A stretch of DNA of 63,102 nucleotides from Candidatus Kapaibacterium sp. Lineage in GTDB: Bacteria > Bacteroidota > Ignavibacteria > Kapaibacteriales > Kapaibacteriaceae. Below are positions 47,305 to 55,937 of this stretch, one piece after another (within the stretch, counting starts at the first letter, position 1; the number at the start of each line of letters is the position of its first letter). The stretch lies in contig JBIJAX010000006.1 of the NCBI GenBank assembly GCA_044345485.1, forward strand, positions 1 through 63,102, given 5' to 3'. The notes below the pieces were generated by a model. That model had not been told where the DNA came from and did no database searches. It was given only the letters and a program-made list of their open reading frames with translations. The translations under genes and the position numbers were made by a program.

Positions 47305-49296
47305 ATGACATCAGAGCAGACCCAGACAGACGTAGCGGTTGCCGCTTTAGAGCAGCGAGCCGCTGAACTCGAAGCAAAACTTCACCATGAAGTACGCACA
47401 TTACTTGACTCTTGGGAAGTGAAGAAAGCGTCATATCAAGGCGAACACTACACGTATGTTGTTCGCGGCAAAGAAATCAAGGTCAAAAACCATACTGAAT
47501 CGTTAGCACATACCCGAGTGCCGAAGATCTCCCTACCGAAGTTTTCAGACTGGGGTGAAATCGTGCGCTGGTGTATGCAAGAAAATGTCCCTGGTGAATT
47601 TCCCTACACTGCTGGTGTGTACCCGTTCAAGCGAACGAACGAAGATCCAACGCGCATGTTTGCTGGCGAGGGTGGACCAGAGCGTACGAATAAACGATTC
47701 CACTACCTGTCGCTTGGAATGCCCGCAGCACGTCTGTCAACTGCATTCGACAGCGTTACACTTTATGGCGAGGATCCGGACTACCGTCCTGATATCTACG
47801 GCAAGATCGGCAACTCGGGCGTGAGCATTGCTTCGCTCGATGATGCAAAGAAGCTCTATTCTGGATTTGATCTTTGCGCACCGACAACATCTGTCTCGAT
47901 GACGATCAATGGTCCGGCACCAATGCTACTTGCATTCTTCATGAATGCAGCGATCGATCAAGAGTGCGAAAAGGTTATTCGAGAGCGTGGACTCGAAACA
48001 GAGGTATCAGCCAAGATCGATCAGATCTATTCGGCAAAGGGGCTACTGCGTCCAGTGTACCGTCATGGCGATGGTTCTACCGACCTACCCGAGGGAAACA
48101 CCGGTCTTGGCCTTATGCTCTTAGGCGTTACAGGAGACCAAGTACTCGATGCAGAAACCTATGCAGCATGTAAGCAGCGCGCATTGCAAAACGTACGCGG
48201 AACGGTACAGGCAGACATCCTCAAAGAAGATCAAGCGCAAAACACGTGCATCTTTTCGACAGAGTTTGCTCTGCGAATGATGGGTGATGTACAGAAGTAC
48301 TTTATCGATGAAAAGGTTCGAAACTTCTACTCGGTTTCTATCTCTGGTTACCACATCGCAGAAGCCGGTGCAAACCCGATCACACAGCTTGCGTTTACCC
48401 TTGCCAATGGATTTACCTACGTTGAGTATTACCTCTCACGAGGAATGCATATCGATGACTTTGCACCGAATCTCTCGTTCTTCTTCTCGAATGGGGTAGA
48501 CCCAGAATATTCTGTCATTGGCCGAGTTGCTCGAAAGATCTGGGCCAAGGCCATGAAGCACAAGTACAGTGGCAACGAGCGCTCACAGATGCTGAAGTAC
48601 CACATTCAAACGTCAGGACGGTCCCTGCACGCGCAGGAGATCGACTTTAACGACATCCGCACGTCGCTGCAGGCCCTGTATGCCATCTACGACAACTGCA
48701 ACTCGTTGCATACAAACGCCTACGACGAGGCGATCACAACACCAACAGAAGAGAGTGTTCGCAGGGCGGTAGCAATTCAGCTCATCATCAACCGAGAGTT
48801 GGGTCTGGCAAAGAACGAGAATCCAATCCAGGGGTCGTTCATCATTGAAGAACTCACAGACCTGGTTGAAGAGGCCGTCTACATGGAGTTCCGTCGCATC
48901 ACTGATCGTGGTGGTGTGTTGGGAGCAATGGAGAACATGTATCAACGGAACAAAATCCAGGAAGAGTCTCTGTACTACGAAACACTCAAGCACACCGGCG
49001 AGTATCCAATCGTTGGCGTGAACACCTTCCTGAGTTCCAAGGGAAGTCCGACCGTTATCCCAGCAGAGGTTATTAGGTCTACCACGGACGAAAAAGAACA
49101 ACAGATCAACAACGTTCGTATGGTGCAGAACCGCAGCGGAGATGCCACAGCGCAAGCCCTACATACCCTGCGCCAGACCGCGATTCAAAACGGCAACATC
49201 TTTGAAGCGCTAATGGAGGCGGCTAAGGTGTGTTCGCTTGGACAGATGACCAATGCACTCTACGATGTTGGTGGACAGTACCGTAGGAACATGTAG
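47305..49296 (+). CDS. icmF: Split IcmF, C-terminal part: rest of linker + acyl-CoA mutase TIM barrel
   Basis: Motifs [67 protein letters not shown], terminal GGQYRRNM. Confidence 0.92.
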   Translation: MTSEQTQTDVAVAALEQRAAELEAKLHHEVRTLLDSWEVKKASYQGEHYTYVVRGKEIKVKNHTESLAHTRVPKISLPKFSDWGEIVRWCMQENVPGEFPYTAGVYPFKRTNEDPTRMFAGEGGPERTNKRFHYLSLGMPAARLSTAFDSVTLYGEDPDYRPDIYGKIGNSGVSIASLDDAKKLYSGFDLCAPTTSVSMTINGPAPMLLAFFMNAAIDQECEKVIRERGLETEVSAKIDQIYSAKGLLRPVYRHGDGSTDLPEGNTGLGLMLLGVTGDQVLDAETYAACKQRALQNVRGTVQADILKEDQAQNTCIFSTEFALRMMGDVQKYFIDEKVRNFYSVSISGYHIAEAGANPITQLAFTLANGFTYVEYYLSRGMHIDDFAPNLSFFFSNGVDPEYSVIGRVARKIWAKAMKHKYSGNERSQMLKYHIQTSGRSLHAQEIDFNDIRTSLQALYAIYDNCNSLHTNAYDEAITTPTEESVRRAVAIQLIINRELGLAKNENPIQGSFIIEELTDLVEEAVYMEFRRITDRGGVLGAMENMYQRNKIQEESLYYETLKHTGEYPIVGVNTFLSSKGSPTVIPAEVIRSTTDEKEQQINNVRMVQNRSGDATAQALHTLRQTAIQNGNIFEALMEAAKVCSLGQMTNALYDVGGQYRRNM

Positions 49297-49308
49297 GCAA
49301 AGGGGCTT

Positions 49309-50247
49309 GTGATTACCCTCGAACACATACGCGCAGCGCACCAGCGCATACGACCGTATGTGCATCACACACCTGTGCTAACATCGCAAGCCATCAACCA
49401 CATGGTTGGTGCGCAGTTGTGGTTTAAATGCGAGAACCTTCAAAAGGTTGGGGCGTTTAAGGCGCGCGGGGCACTGAATGCTGTCCTCCAGCTGGATGCT
49501 GACGCCTCTATCCGAGGTGTAGTGACGCATTCAAGTGGAAACCATGCACAGGCACTTGCTTATGCCGCTGGCTTACGCTCCATACCATGCACAATCGTTA
49601 TGCCCAACAACGCACCCAGCGTGAAACAACAGGCTGTGCGCGAGTACGGCGCAGAAGTGGTTCTCTGCGAACCAACACTGGCCTCGCGACTTGAAACCAT
49701 GGAGAAGATCGTGCAGAGCACGGGAGCACATCCTGTCCCACCCTACAACGACGAGCGTGTTATTGCCGGGCAAGGTACAGTTGCGCTCGAGCTCTTGGAA
49801 GATGTTGCAGAGCTAGACATTGTAATGGCCCCGGTGGGCGGTGGCGGGCTCATGAGCGGAGTAGCAACGGCCGTGCGGGCGCTAAACCCCGGTATTCGAA
49901 TTGTCGGCGCAGAACCAGAGATAGCTTCTGACGCTCAGGAATCCATGCGAACGGGCGTTCTTCAGCCCCCTACCAATGCCTTGACCGTTGCCGATGGACT
50001 TCGAACGGGCCTAGGAGATGTTACGTTTTCGCATCTCCAAGCAGCGAATGTTGAGATCATCACTGCATCAGAAGATGCAATTCGCGAGGCCACCTATCGC
50101 ATCATGGAGCGTCTCAAGGTAGTGATTGAGCCCAGCGCTGCGGTAACACTTGCTGTGTTACTGGAAAATCCCGGTCTTGCACGTGGGTGTAACGTAGGCA
50201 TCGTGTTGTGTGGCGGTAACGTTGATATCCGCCGATTACCTATCTAA
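49309..50247 (+). CDS. PLP-dependent serine/threonine dehydratase or serine racemase
   Basis: Motifs KCENLQKVGAFKARGA, HSSGNHAQA, AGQGT, VGGGGL, ADGL, CGGN; no ACT domain. Confidence 0.9.
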   Translation: MITLEHIRAAHQRIRPYVHHTPVLTSQAINHMVGAQLWFKCENLQKVGAFKARGALNAVLQLDADASIRGVVTHSSGNHAQALAYAAGLRSIPCTIVMPNNAPSVKQQAVREYGAEVVLCEPTLASRLETMEKIVQSTGAHPVPPYNDERVIAGQGTVALELLEDVAELDIVMAPVGGGGLMSGVATAVRALNPGIRIVGAEPEIASDAQESMRTGVLQPPTNALTVADGLRTGLGDVTFSHLQAANVEIITASEDAIREATYRIMERLKVVIEPSAAVTLAVLLENPGLARGCNVGIVLCGGNVDIRRLPI

Positions 50248-50309
50248 CACACCCCAGAACAGGCGATTTTCCGTAGTTTTGACGTCCTTTGGATACGTAC
50301 GGACACTCC

Positions 50310-51764
50310 ATGCACTCGGGCTATGAAGCAATTATTGGATTAGAAGTTCACGCGCAGCTCACAACTGCGTCGAAGGCCTTTTGTTCCTGTCCTACCGAGT
50401 ACGGCGCGCAGCCGAATGTAAATGTGTGTCCGATATGTCTTGGTCACCCTGGTACCTTGCCCGTTCTCAACGAAAACCTCGTTGCCTACGCCGTTAAAAT
50501 GGGCCTGGCCACAAACTGTAGTATTCGCGAGAGATCAACATTTTCTCGCAAGAACTACTACTACCCTGACCTACCGAAAGGGTATCAGATAACCCAGTTT
50601 GCAGACCCAATCTGCTACAAGGGGCATGTGGAGATCGAGACAGAATCTGGCGTAAAGCAGATCGGCATTACTCGCATTCACATGGAGGAAGACTCCGGAA
50701 AGAGTATTCACGATCTTGATATCGACACTTTGGTGGATCTCAACCGTGCAGGAGTGCCTCTTATCGAGATCGTGAGCGAGCCAGACATCCGCACCCCGCA
50801 AGAAGCATACCTCTACCTGCAGCAGATGCGCCAGATCTTGGTCTATCTTGGCATTTGCGACGGCAACCTTGAAGAAGGAAGCATGCGCTGCGATGCAAAT
50901 ATCTCTGTGCGTCCTGCTGGACAGGAACGCTTTGGAACCAAGCGCGAGGTAAAGAATCTCAACTCCTTCAGGAACGTTGAGAAGGCCATTGAATACGAGA
51001 TCAACTCCCAGATAGCCACACTTGAAGGGGGCGGATCAATATCGCAGCAAACCCTGATGTGGGATGCCGGCAATGGGCAGACCAAGGTTATGCGCTCAAA
51101 GGAACAGGCTCACGATTACCGGTACTTCCCCGAGCCAGATCTCGGTCCGGTAGTGGTATCTGCAGAGTGGCTCGAAGAACTTCGGGCCGAGCTGCCTGAG
51201 TTAGCCCTTGCCAAAAAACGCAGGTTTGTATCCGACTACGGACTGCCCGTGTACGATGCCGCAATTCTTGTTGATGAAGCATCGGTAGCATCCTACTATG
51301 AAGCTGCATGCGCCGTCCTGAAAGCCCCTTCCCAGGAAACATGGAAGTTGGTAAGTAACTGGATCATGACTGAGCTTCTGCGAATCCGCGGTGAGAAGAA
51401 ATGTGAGATTCATGATGTGGGCATTACCCCGCAGCAGCTAGCGTCGCTGATCGATGTGATTGCCGATGGGACCATCAGTAGCAAGACGGCAAAAGAACTC
51501 TTCCCAGACATGCTCGGCAGCAACAAGCTTGCTGCGGAGTTTATCGAGGAACGTGGCCTGCGTCAGGTCTCTGATGTATCGGTTCTTGTGGCGATGGTAG
51601 AAGACGTAATACGTGCAAACCCGGATAACCTCAAAAAGTACCGCGAAGGCAAGACCAACCTGCTCGGGTTCTTTGTCGGACAAGTATTGAAGGCCTCCGG
51701 GGGGTCTGCGAATCCATCCATTGTTACCGAACTGATGAAGGGGGCTTTGGATGCAGCCGAGTAA
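50310..51764 (+). CDS. gatB: Asp-tRNA(Asn)/Glu-tRNA(Gln) amidotransferase subunit B
   Basis: Motifs IGLEVHAQL, YYYPDLPKGYQITQ, HMEED, RCDANIS, EVKNLNS, DYRYFPEPDL. TAGTTTTG element at 50274-50281. Confidence 0.97.
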   Translation: MHSGYEAIIGLEVHAQLTTASKAFCSCPTEYGAQPNVNVCPICLGHPGTLPVLNENLVAYAVKMGLATNCSIRERSTFSRKNYYYPDLPKGYQITQFADPICYKGHVEIETESGVKQIGITRIHMEEDSGKSIHDLDIDTLVDLNRAGVPLIEIVSEPDIRTPQEAYLYLQQMRQILVYLGICDGNLEEGSMRCDANISVRPAGQERFGTKREVKNLNSFRNVEKAIEYEINSQIATLEGGGSISQQTLMWDAGNGQTKVMRSKEQAHDYRYFPEPDLGPVVVSAEWLEELRAELPELALAKKRRFVSDYGLPVYDAAILVDEASVASYYEAACAVLKAPSQETWKLVSNWIMTELLRIRGEKKCEIHDVGITPQQLASLIDVIADGTISSKTAKELFPDMLGSNKLAAEFIEERGLRQVSDVSVLVAMVEDVIRANPDNLKKYREGKTNLLGFFVGQVLKASGGSANPSIVTELMKGALDAAE

Positions 51765-51791
51765 TGATCAACGAATAGAGCGAGGTGCGTG

Positions 51792-52721
51792 ATGCCGATC
51801 ACACCTACAAAGACGATATGGAAGAACGGGACCTTTATCCCGTTTGAGAAAGCAACAATTCACGTGTTGTCTCACGTGGTGCATTACGGCTCCTCGTGGT
51901 TTGAGGGCATCCGCTGTTATGATACCGAGAAGGGTACGGCGATATTCCGTCTGCCAGAGCACATGCGCAGACTACATCATTCGCTGAAGGTGTACCGTTC
52001 GCAGCTGCCGTTCTCTGTAGATGAACTCTCTGAAGCAGCTGTTGATCTGGTAAAACGCAACAAACTCGGGCGTTGCTACATACGTCCATTTGCCCTGCGC
52101 GGATTCGGCGACATGGGAGTCTATGGCCTGCGGTGTCCGCTAGATGTTTACATCGCTGCATGGGAATGGGGCGCATACCTCGGCGATGACGCCGCCTCCA
52201 ACGGCGTGGATGTTTGTGTGTCTTCGTGGGACCGCATCACGCCCAATGCAATGCCTTCCCTTGCCAAGGCTGGCGGTAATTACATGAACTCCCAGCTTGT
52301 AAAGATGGAAGCTGTTGAAAACGGCTACGCAGAAGGAATTTGTCTAGATTCATACGGTAACGTTGCAGAAGGCTCGGGCGAGAACGTCTTTCTTGTTATC
52401 GACAACGAACTTGTAACGCCCCCTGCCGCAACATCGTTGCTTCCGGGAATTACCCGCGACACGGTTATCACCCTGGCCACAGAGCTTGGAATTACCGTGC
52501 GCGAACAAAACATACCCCGGGCAATGTTGTATGTGGCCGATGAAATGTTCCTCACTGGCACAGCCAGCGAGATAGCGCCCGTGACATCAGTAGACCGCAT
52601 CGCCGTAGGACGTGGCAAGGTTGGACCAATGACGCGGGCCCTACAGCAGGCATTTCACAACATCACCGTGTCGGGCGAAGACCCGTACGGATGGCTCAGC
52701 TTTGTTAAGAAGAGCCGCTAA
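51792..52721 (+). CDS. ilvE: Branched-chain amino acid aminotransferase
   Basis: Motifs HVVHYG..FEGIR, YIRP, AKAGGNY, EGSGENVF, LPGITR, ADEMFLTGTASE. GAGGTG upstream. Confidence 0.95.
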   Translation: MPITPTKTIWKNGTFIPFEKATIHVLSHVVHYGSSWFEGIRCYDTEKGTAIFRLPEHMRRLHHSLKVYRSQLPFSVDELSEAAVDLVKRNKLGRCYIRPFALRGFGDMGVYGLRCPLDVYIAAWEWGAYLGDDAASNGVDVCVSSWDRITPNAMPSLAKAGGNYMNSQLVKMEAVENGYAEGICLDSYGNVAEGSGENVFLVIDNELVTPPAATSLLPGITRDTVITLATELGITVREQNIPRAMLYVADEMFLTGTASEIAPVTSVDRIAVGRGKVGPMTRALQQAFHNITVSGEDPYGWLSFVKKSR

Positions 52722-52758
52722 CAACGAAATACTTAATCGACGAAATCAGGAGAACACC

Positions 52759-54885
52759 ATGGCTAAGGCCAAGGCAAAAACACCGCCAGCAAAGAATACA
52801 TCAGCATCGAAATCCCCTGTCAAGCCCTCGGCAGCACCCGCGGTTGAGTTGTTTGACCTTAAGGGAATCAAAGCGGACGTGCTGTTGGAATGGTACAAGA
52901 CCCAGCACTTGGGACGTAGGCTAGATGAAAAGGCTGCCAACTATCTCAAGATGGCAAAGGGGTGGTCCTACCATGCACCATTTGCTGGACATGACGGCAT
53001 TCAGTTGGCACTAGGCAAGGTGTTCCGTCCGGGTAAAGATTTCCTGTTCCCATACTACCGCGACATGCTTACATCCCTTGCAGCGGGCGTAACAGTAGAA
53101 GAGATCATTGCTAATGGTCTTTCGAAAGATGCCGACGTAGCCGGTGGTGGACGTCACATGAGCAACCACTTTGCCAAGATTTCGATTAACCTTCAGAACT
53201 CATCATCCTGCACTGGAAACCATTCGCAGCAGGCAGTAGGTACAGCCCGCTCGATCAAGAAGTTCAAGGGCGACGAAGTTGTATTCTGCTCAACTGGAGA
53301 TAGCACAACATCAGAAGGATACTACTACGAAGCCGTTAACGGAGCAGACCGCGAAAAGCTTCCTGTTGTCTTTGTGATTCAAAACAACAAGTACGGAATC
53401 TCAGTACCACTGCATGAGCAGACGGCAAATCCTATTGTCGCAGAAAACTTCAGCGGCTTTACGAACCTGAAGATCTTCTACTGTGACGGACGCAACCCGG
53501 TTGATTCCTACAACACCATGGTTGCTGCCCGTGATTATGCAGCAAGCGGCAAGGGGCCAGCAATGGTCCACGCAGACTGTGACCGTATTGGTTCGCATTC
53601 AAACTCTGACAATCACGAACTCTATCGCACCAAGGAAGACATCGAGGCAATGAAGGGTCGCGACCCACTCCCGCGCATGCGTGCCTCGCTGATCGCGGCG
53701 GGGATCGCTACAGATGCCGAGCTCGCAGCCATCGAAGAAGCGAACAAGACGGCCATTTTTGCAGCAGCAGATGCAGTAGAGCCCCTTCCGGACCCAGAAC
53801 CAGCTTCATACACACAGTTTCTGCTTCCTGATGCAGTTGTAGGGTACAATGACGACTCGGAAGTCCGCTGTACGCCAGCACCCGATGCGCCTGTTGTTAC
53901 CTTCCGTGAGGGCATCGTTAATGCCATGATGGAAGAATTCCGCCGTAATCCGAGCACCTTTTTGTTCGGACAGGACGTTGCCTCGCACAAGAAGCAGGGG
54001 ATTTTCAATGTCTGTAAGGGTATGCTTGATGAGTTCGGCAACGACCGCGTGTTTAACGCACCGATCGCCGAGGACTTTATTGTTGGTACAGCGAACGGCA
54101 TGACGCGGTACCGCGACGACATCCGAGTGGTTGTAGAGGGTGCCGAGTTTGCAGACTACTTCTGGCCGGCTATGGAGCAGCTGATCGAGTGCACGCACGA
54201 TTACTGGCGCACACGCGGGCAGTTTTCCCCTGCGATGGTTATCCGCCTAGCATCGGGAGGCTATATCCAGGGTGGATTGTACCATTCGCAAAACCTTGAA
54301 GGAACATTTACAACACTCCCAGGTCTTCGAGTTGTGTGTCCGGCCTTTGCCGACGATGCCGTTGGACTCATGCGCAATGCAATTCGTTCGCGTGGTACCA
54401 CGATGTACCTCGAGCCAAAATTCCTCTATAACTATCGTCCAACATCTGCTCAGATGCCATCAGAGGACTTCATCATTCCGTTTGGGAAGGCAAAGATCCG
54501 CCGAGCCGGATCCAGCCTCACCATCGTAACCTACGGCACGCCGGTGCACTGGAGTCTCCAGGCTGCCGAGCAGCTCTCGGCCGAGGGAATAGATGTAGAG
54601 GTTATCGACTTGCGTTCGCTAGCCCCTTGGGACAAGGAAATGGTCTTCGAGAGTGTAAAGCGTACCGGTCGATGTGTCGTAGCGCATGAGGACAAGAAAA
54701 CAGGCGGATTTGGTGGGGAAATTGCCTCATCTATCGGCGAAGAGCTATTCCGATACCTGGATGCTCCAGTAGCGCGTGTTGGTTCGAAAGACACACCGGT
54801 TGGCTTCGCAAAGAGCTTGGAGCAGGCCATCCTTCTCAATGTAAACGATATCGTTTCAGCTGTTCGGGCTACAATGTCGTTCTAG
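52759..54885 (+). CDS. 2-oxoacid dehydrogenase E1, fused alpha/beta (probably branched-chain)
   Basis: PYYRD, GD...EG...NN ThDP-binding motif, HSNSD, FGQDV, FNAPIAE, GGLYHSQ, EVIDLRSL. AGGAG upstream. Confidence 0.9.
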   Translation: MAKAKAKTPPAKNTSASKSPVKPSAAPAVELFDLKGIKADVLLEWYKTQHLGRRLDEKAANYLKMAKGWSYHAPFAGHDGIQLALGKVFRPGKDFLFPYYRDMLTSLAAGVTVEEIIANGLSKDADVAGGGRHMSNHFAKISINLQNSSSCTGNHSQQAVGTARSIKKFKGDEVVFCSTGDSTTSEGYYYEAVNGADREKLPVVFVIQNNKYGISVPLHEQTANPIVAENFSGFTNLKIFYCDGRNPVDSYNTMVAARDYAASGKGPAMVHADCDRIGSHSNSDNHELYRTKEDIEAMKGRDPLPRMRASLIAAGIATDAELAAIEEANKTAIFAAADAVEPLPDPEPASYTQFLLPDAVVGYNDDSEVRCTPAPDAPVVTFREGIVNAMMEEFRRNPSTFLFGQDVASHKKQGIFNVCKGMLDEFGNDRVFNAPIAEDFIVGTANGMTRYRDDIRVVVEGAEFADYFWPAMEQLIECTHDYWRTRGQFSPAMVIRLASGGYIQGGLYHSQNLEGTFTTLPGLRVVCPAFADDAVGLMRNAIRSRGTTMYLEPKFLYNYRPTSAQMPSEDFIIPFGKAKIRRAGSSLTIVTYGTPVHWSLQAAEQLSAEGIDVEVIDLRSLAPWDKEMVFESVKRTGRCVVAHEDKKTGGFGGEIASSIGEELFRYLDAPVARVGSKDTPVGFAKSLEQAILLNVNDIVSAVRATMSF

Positions 54886-54981
54886 ACAGTGTGAATAACA
54901 CACCAGTTTTGAGTGTGGATATCGTCTGTAACCCTAATTATTGAGAAATAGTTACCCCATATTGGGCTGTTCATATTTCTC

Positions 54982-55013
54982 TTTGGTGGGAACATCCCTA
55001 TCACCTATATTTG
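54982..55013 (+). promoter_or_regulatory. Complete Bacteroidota-type -33/-7 promoter
   Basis: TTTG (54982-54985), 20-nt spacer, TATATTTG (55006-55013). Confidence 0.65.
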
Positions 55014-55133
55014 CGAGTCTATCTCACTGCGCAGAGTGCGTACCTACGTGTGCGTACCAAGAAGCGTAGGAGAATTGGCAATGCTTTTTGACCACGGAAG
55101 AGCTCCGTAGTCAGTACTGATTTTGGGGAGTGC

Positions 55134-55847
55134 ATGAGCACACAAGACATAGACAACATCACCGAAAGCCCCGTATCTACTGGGCCTGCGGCAACTGATG
55201 CGGCAGTAGACTTCTTCTCACGGCAGTGGAAGATGATCGCCGGTGTTGTTGGTGTGGTAGTGGTGGTTGTCGCTGGCTACTTCTACATGGAGCATCAGAA
55301 CAGCGAACTAAACATCGAGGGGCTGACACACCTCTCACGTGTGCGTATGGCCTATGATATGGGTCAGTACGAAATGGCGCTCACTGGTAAAGGCCTCCCT
55401 CCGATGGATGGGCAGCCTGTTAAGGGGCTTGTTGCGATAAGTGACGAGTACTCAGGAACACCTGCTGGAGAAACAGCAGCCCTCATGGCTGGCAACGCGT
55501 ACGTAAACCTAGGTAAAGCTTCTGAAGCGTCAAACCAGTTCGGAAAAGTATCTTCCTCTTCATCTGTATTGATGCAAGTAGGTGCCTTGCAAGGACTTGC
55601 GGCTTCTCTAGAACTGGAAAAGAAGTTTGCTGATGCGGCTGCAAAGTATGAAGAGGCAGCTGTGCTGGCAGATGATAGTGGCCTAGAAGAGCAATGCTAC
55701 CTCAATGCCGCTACGTGCTATGAAGAGGTAAACAACAAAGAAAAAGCAACGGAATTGTACCGACTGATCGTTAAAAAATTCGAAATGTCAGAAGTAGCCG
55801 CATCCGCAAAATCGGGTTTGGCGCGTCTTGGCACGGCAATTGATTAG
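55134..55847 (+). CDS. Membrane-anchored TPR protein (YfgM-like)
   Basis: Single N-terminal TM helix (MIAGVVGVVVVVVAGYFY) followed by TPR-like helices (YSGTPAG, AAAKYEEA, ATELYRLI). Confidence 0.8.
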   Translation: MSTQDIDNITESPVSTGPAATDAAVDFFSRQWKMIAGVVGVVVVVVAGYFYMEHQNSELNIEGLTHLSRVRMAYDMGQYEMALTGKGLPPMDGQPVKGLVAISDEYSGTPAGETAALMAGNAYVNLGKASEASNQFGKVSSSSSVLMQVGALQGLAASLELEKKFADAAAKYEEAAVLADDSGLEEQCYLNAATCYEEVNNKEKATELYRLIVKKFEMSEVAASAKSGLARLGTAID

Positions 55848-55937
55848 CAAAATCGGGCGGTATCGCCATTTTTCTGTTTTGAGTAAATGAAAAGCGTGAA
55901 AAAATTAAAGTATAAGGTTTTTACAACTGGAGGTTGT

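Noticed and set aside
44553-49296. icmF as a pseudogene or MCM small/large subunit pair
   Set aside because: Both halves are open with intact motifs and a clean ATG. The motifs are IcmF-type and the break is mid-linker, so neither label fits.
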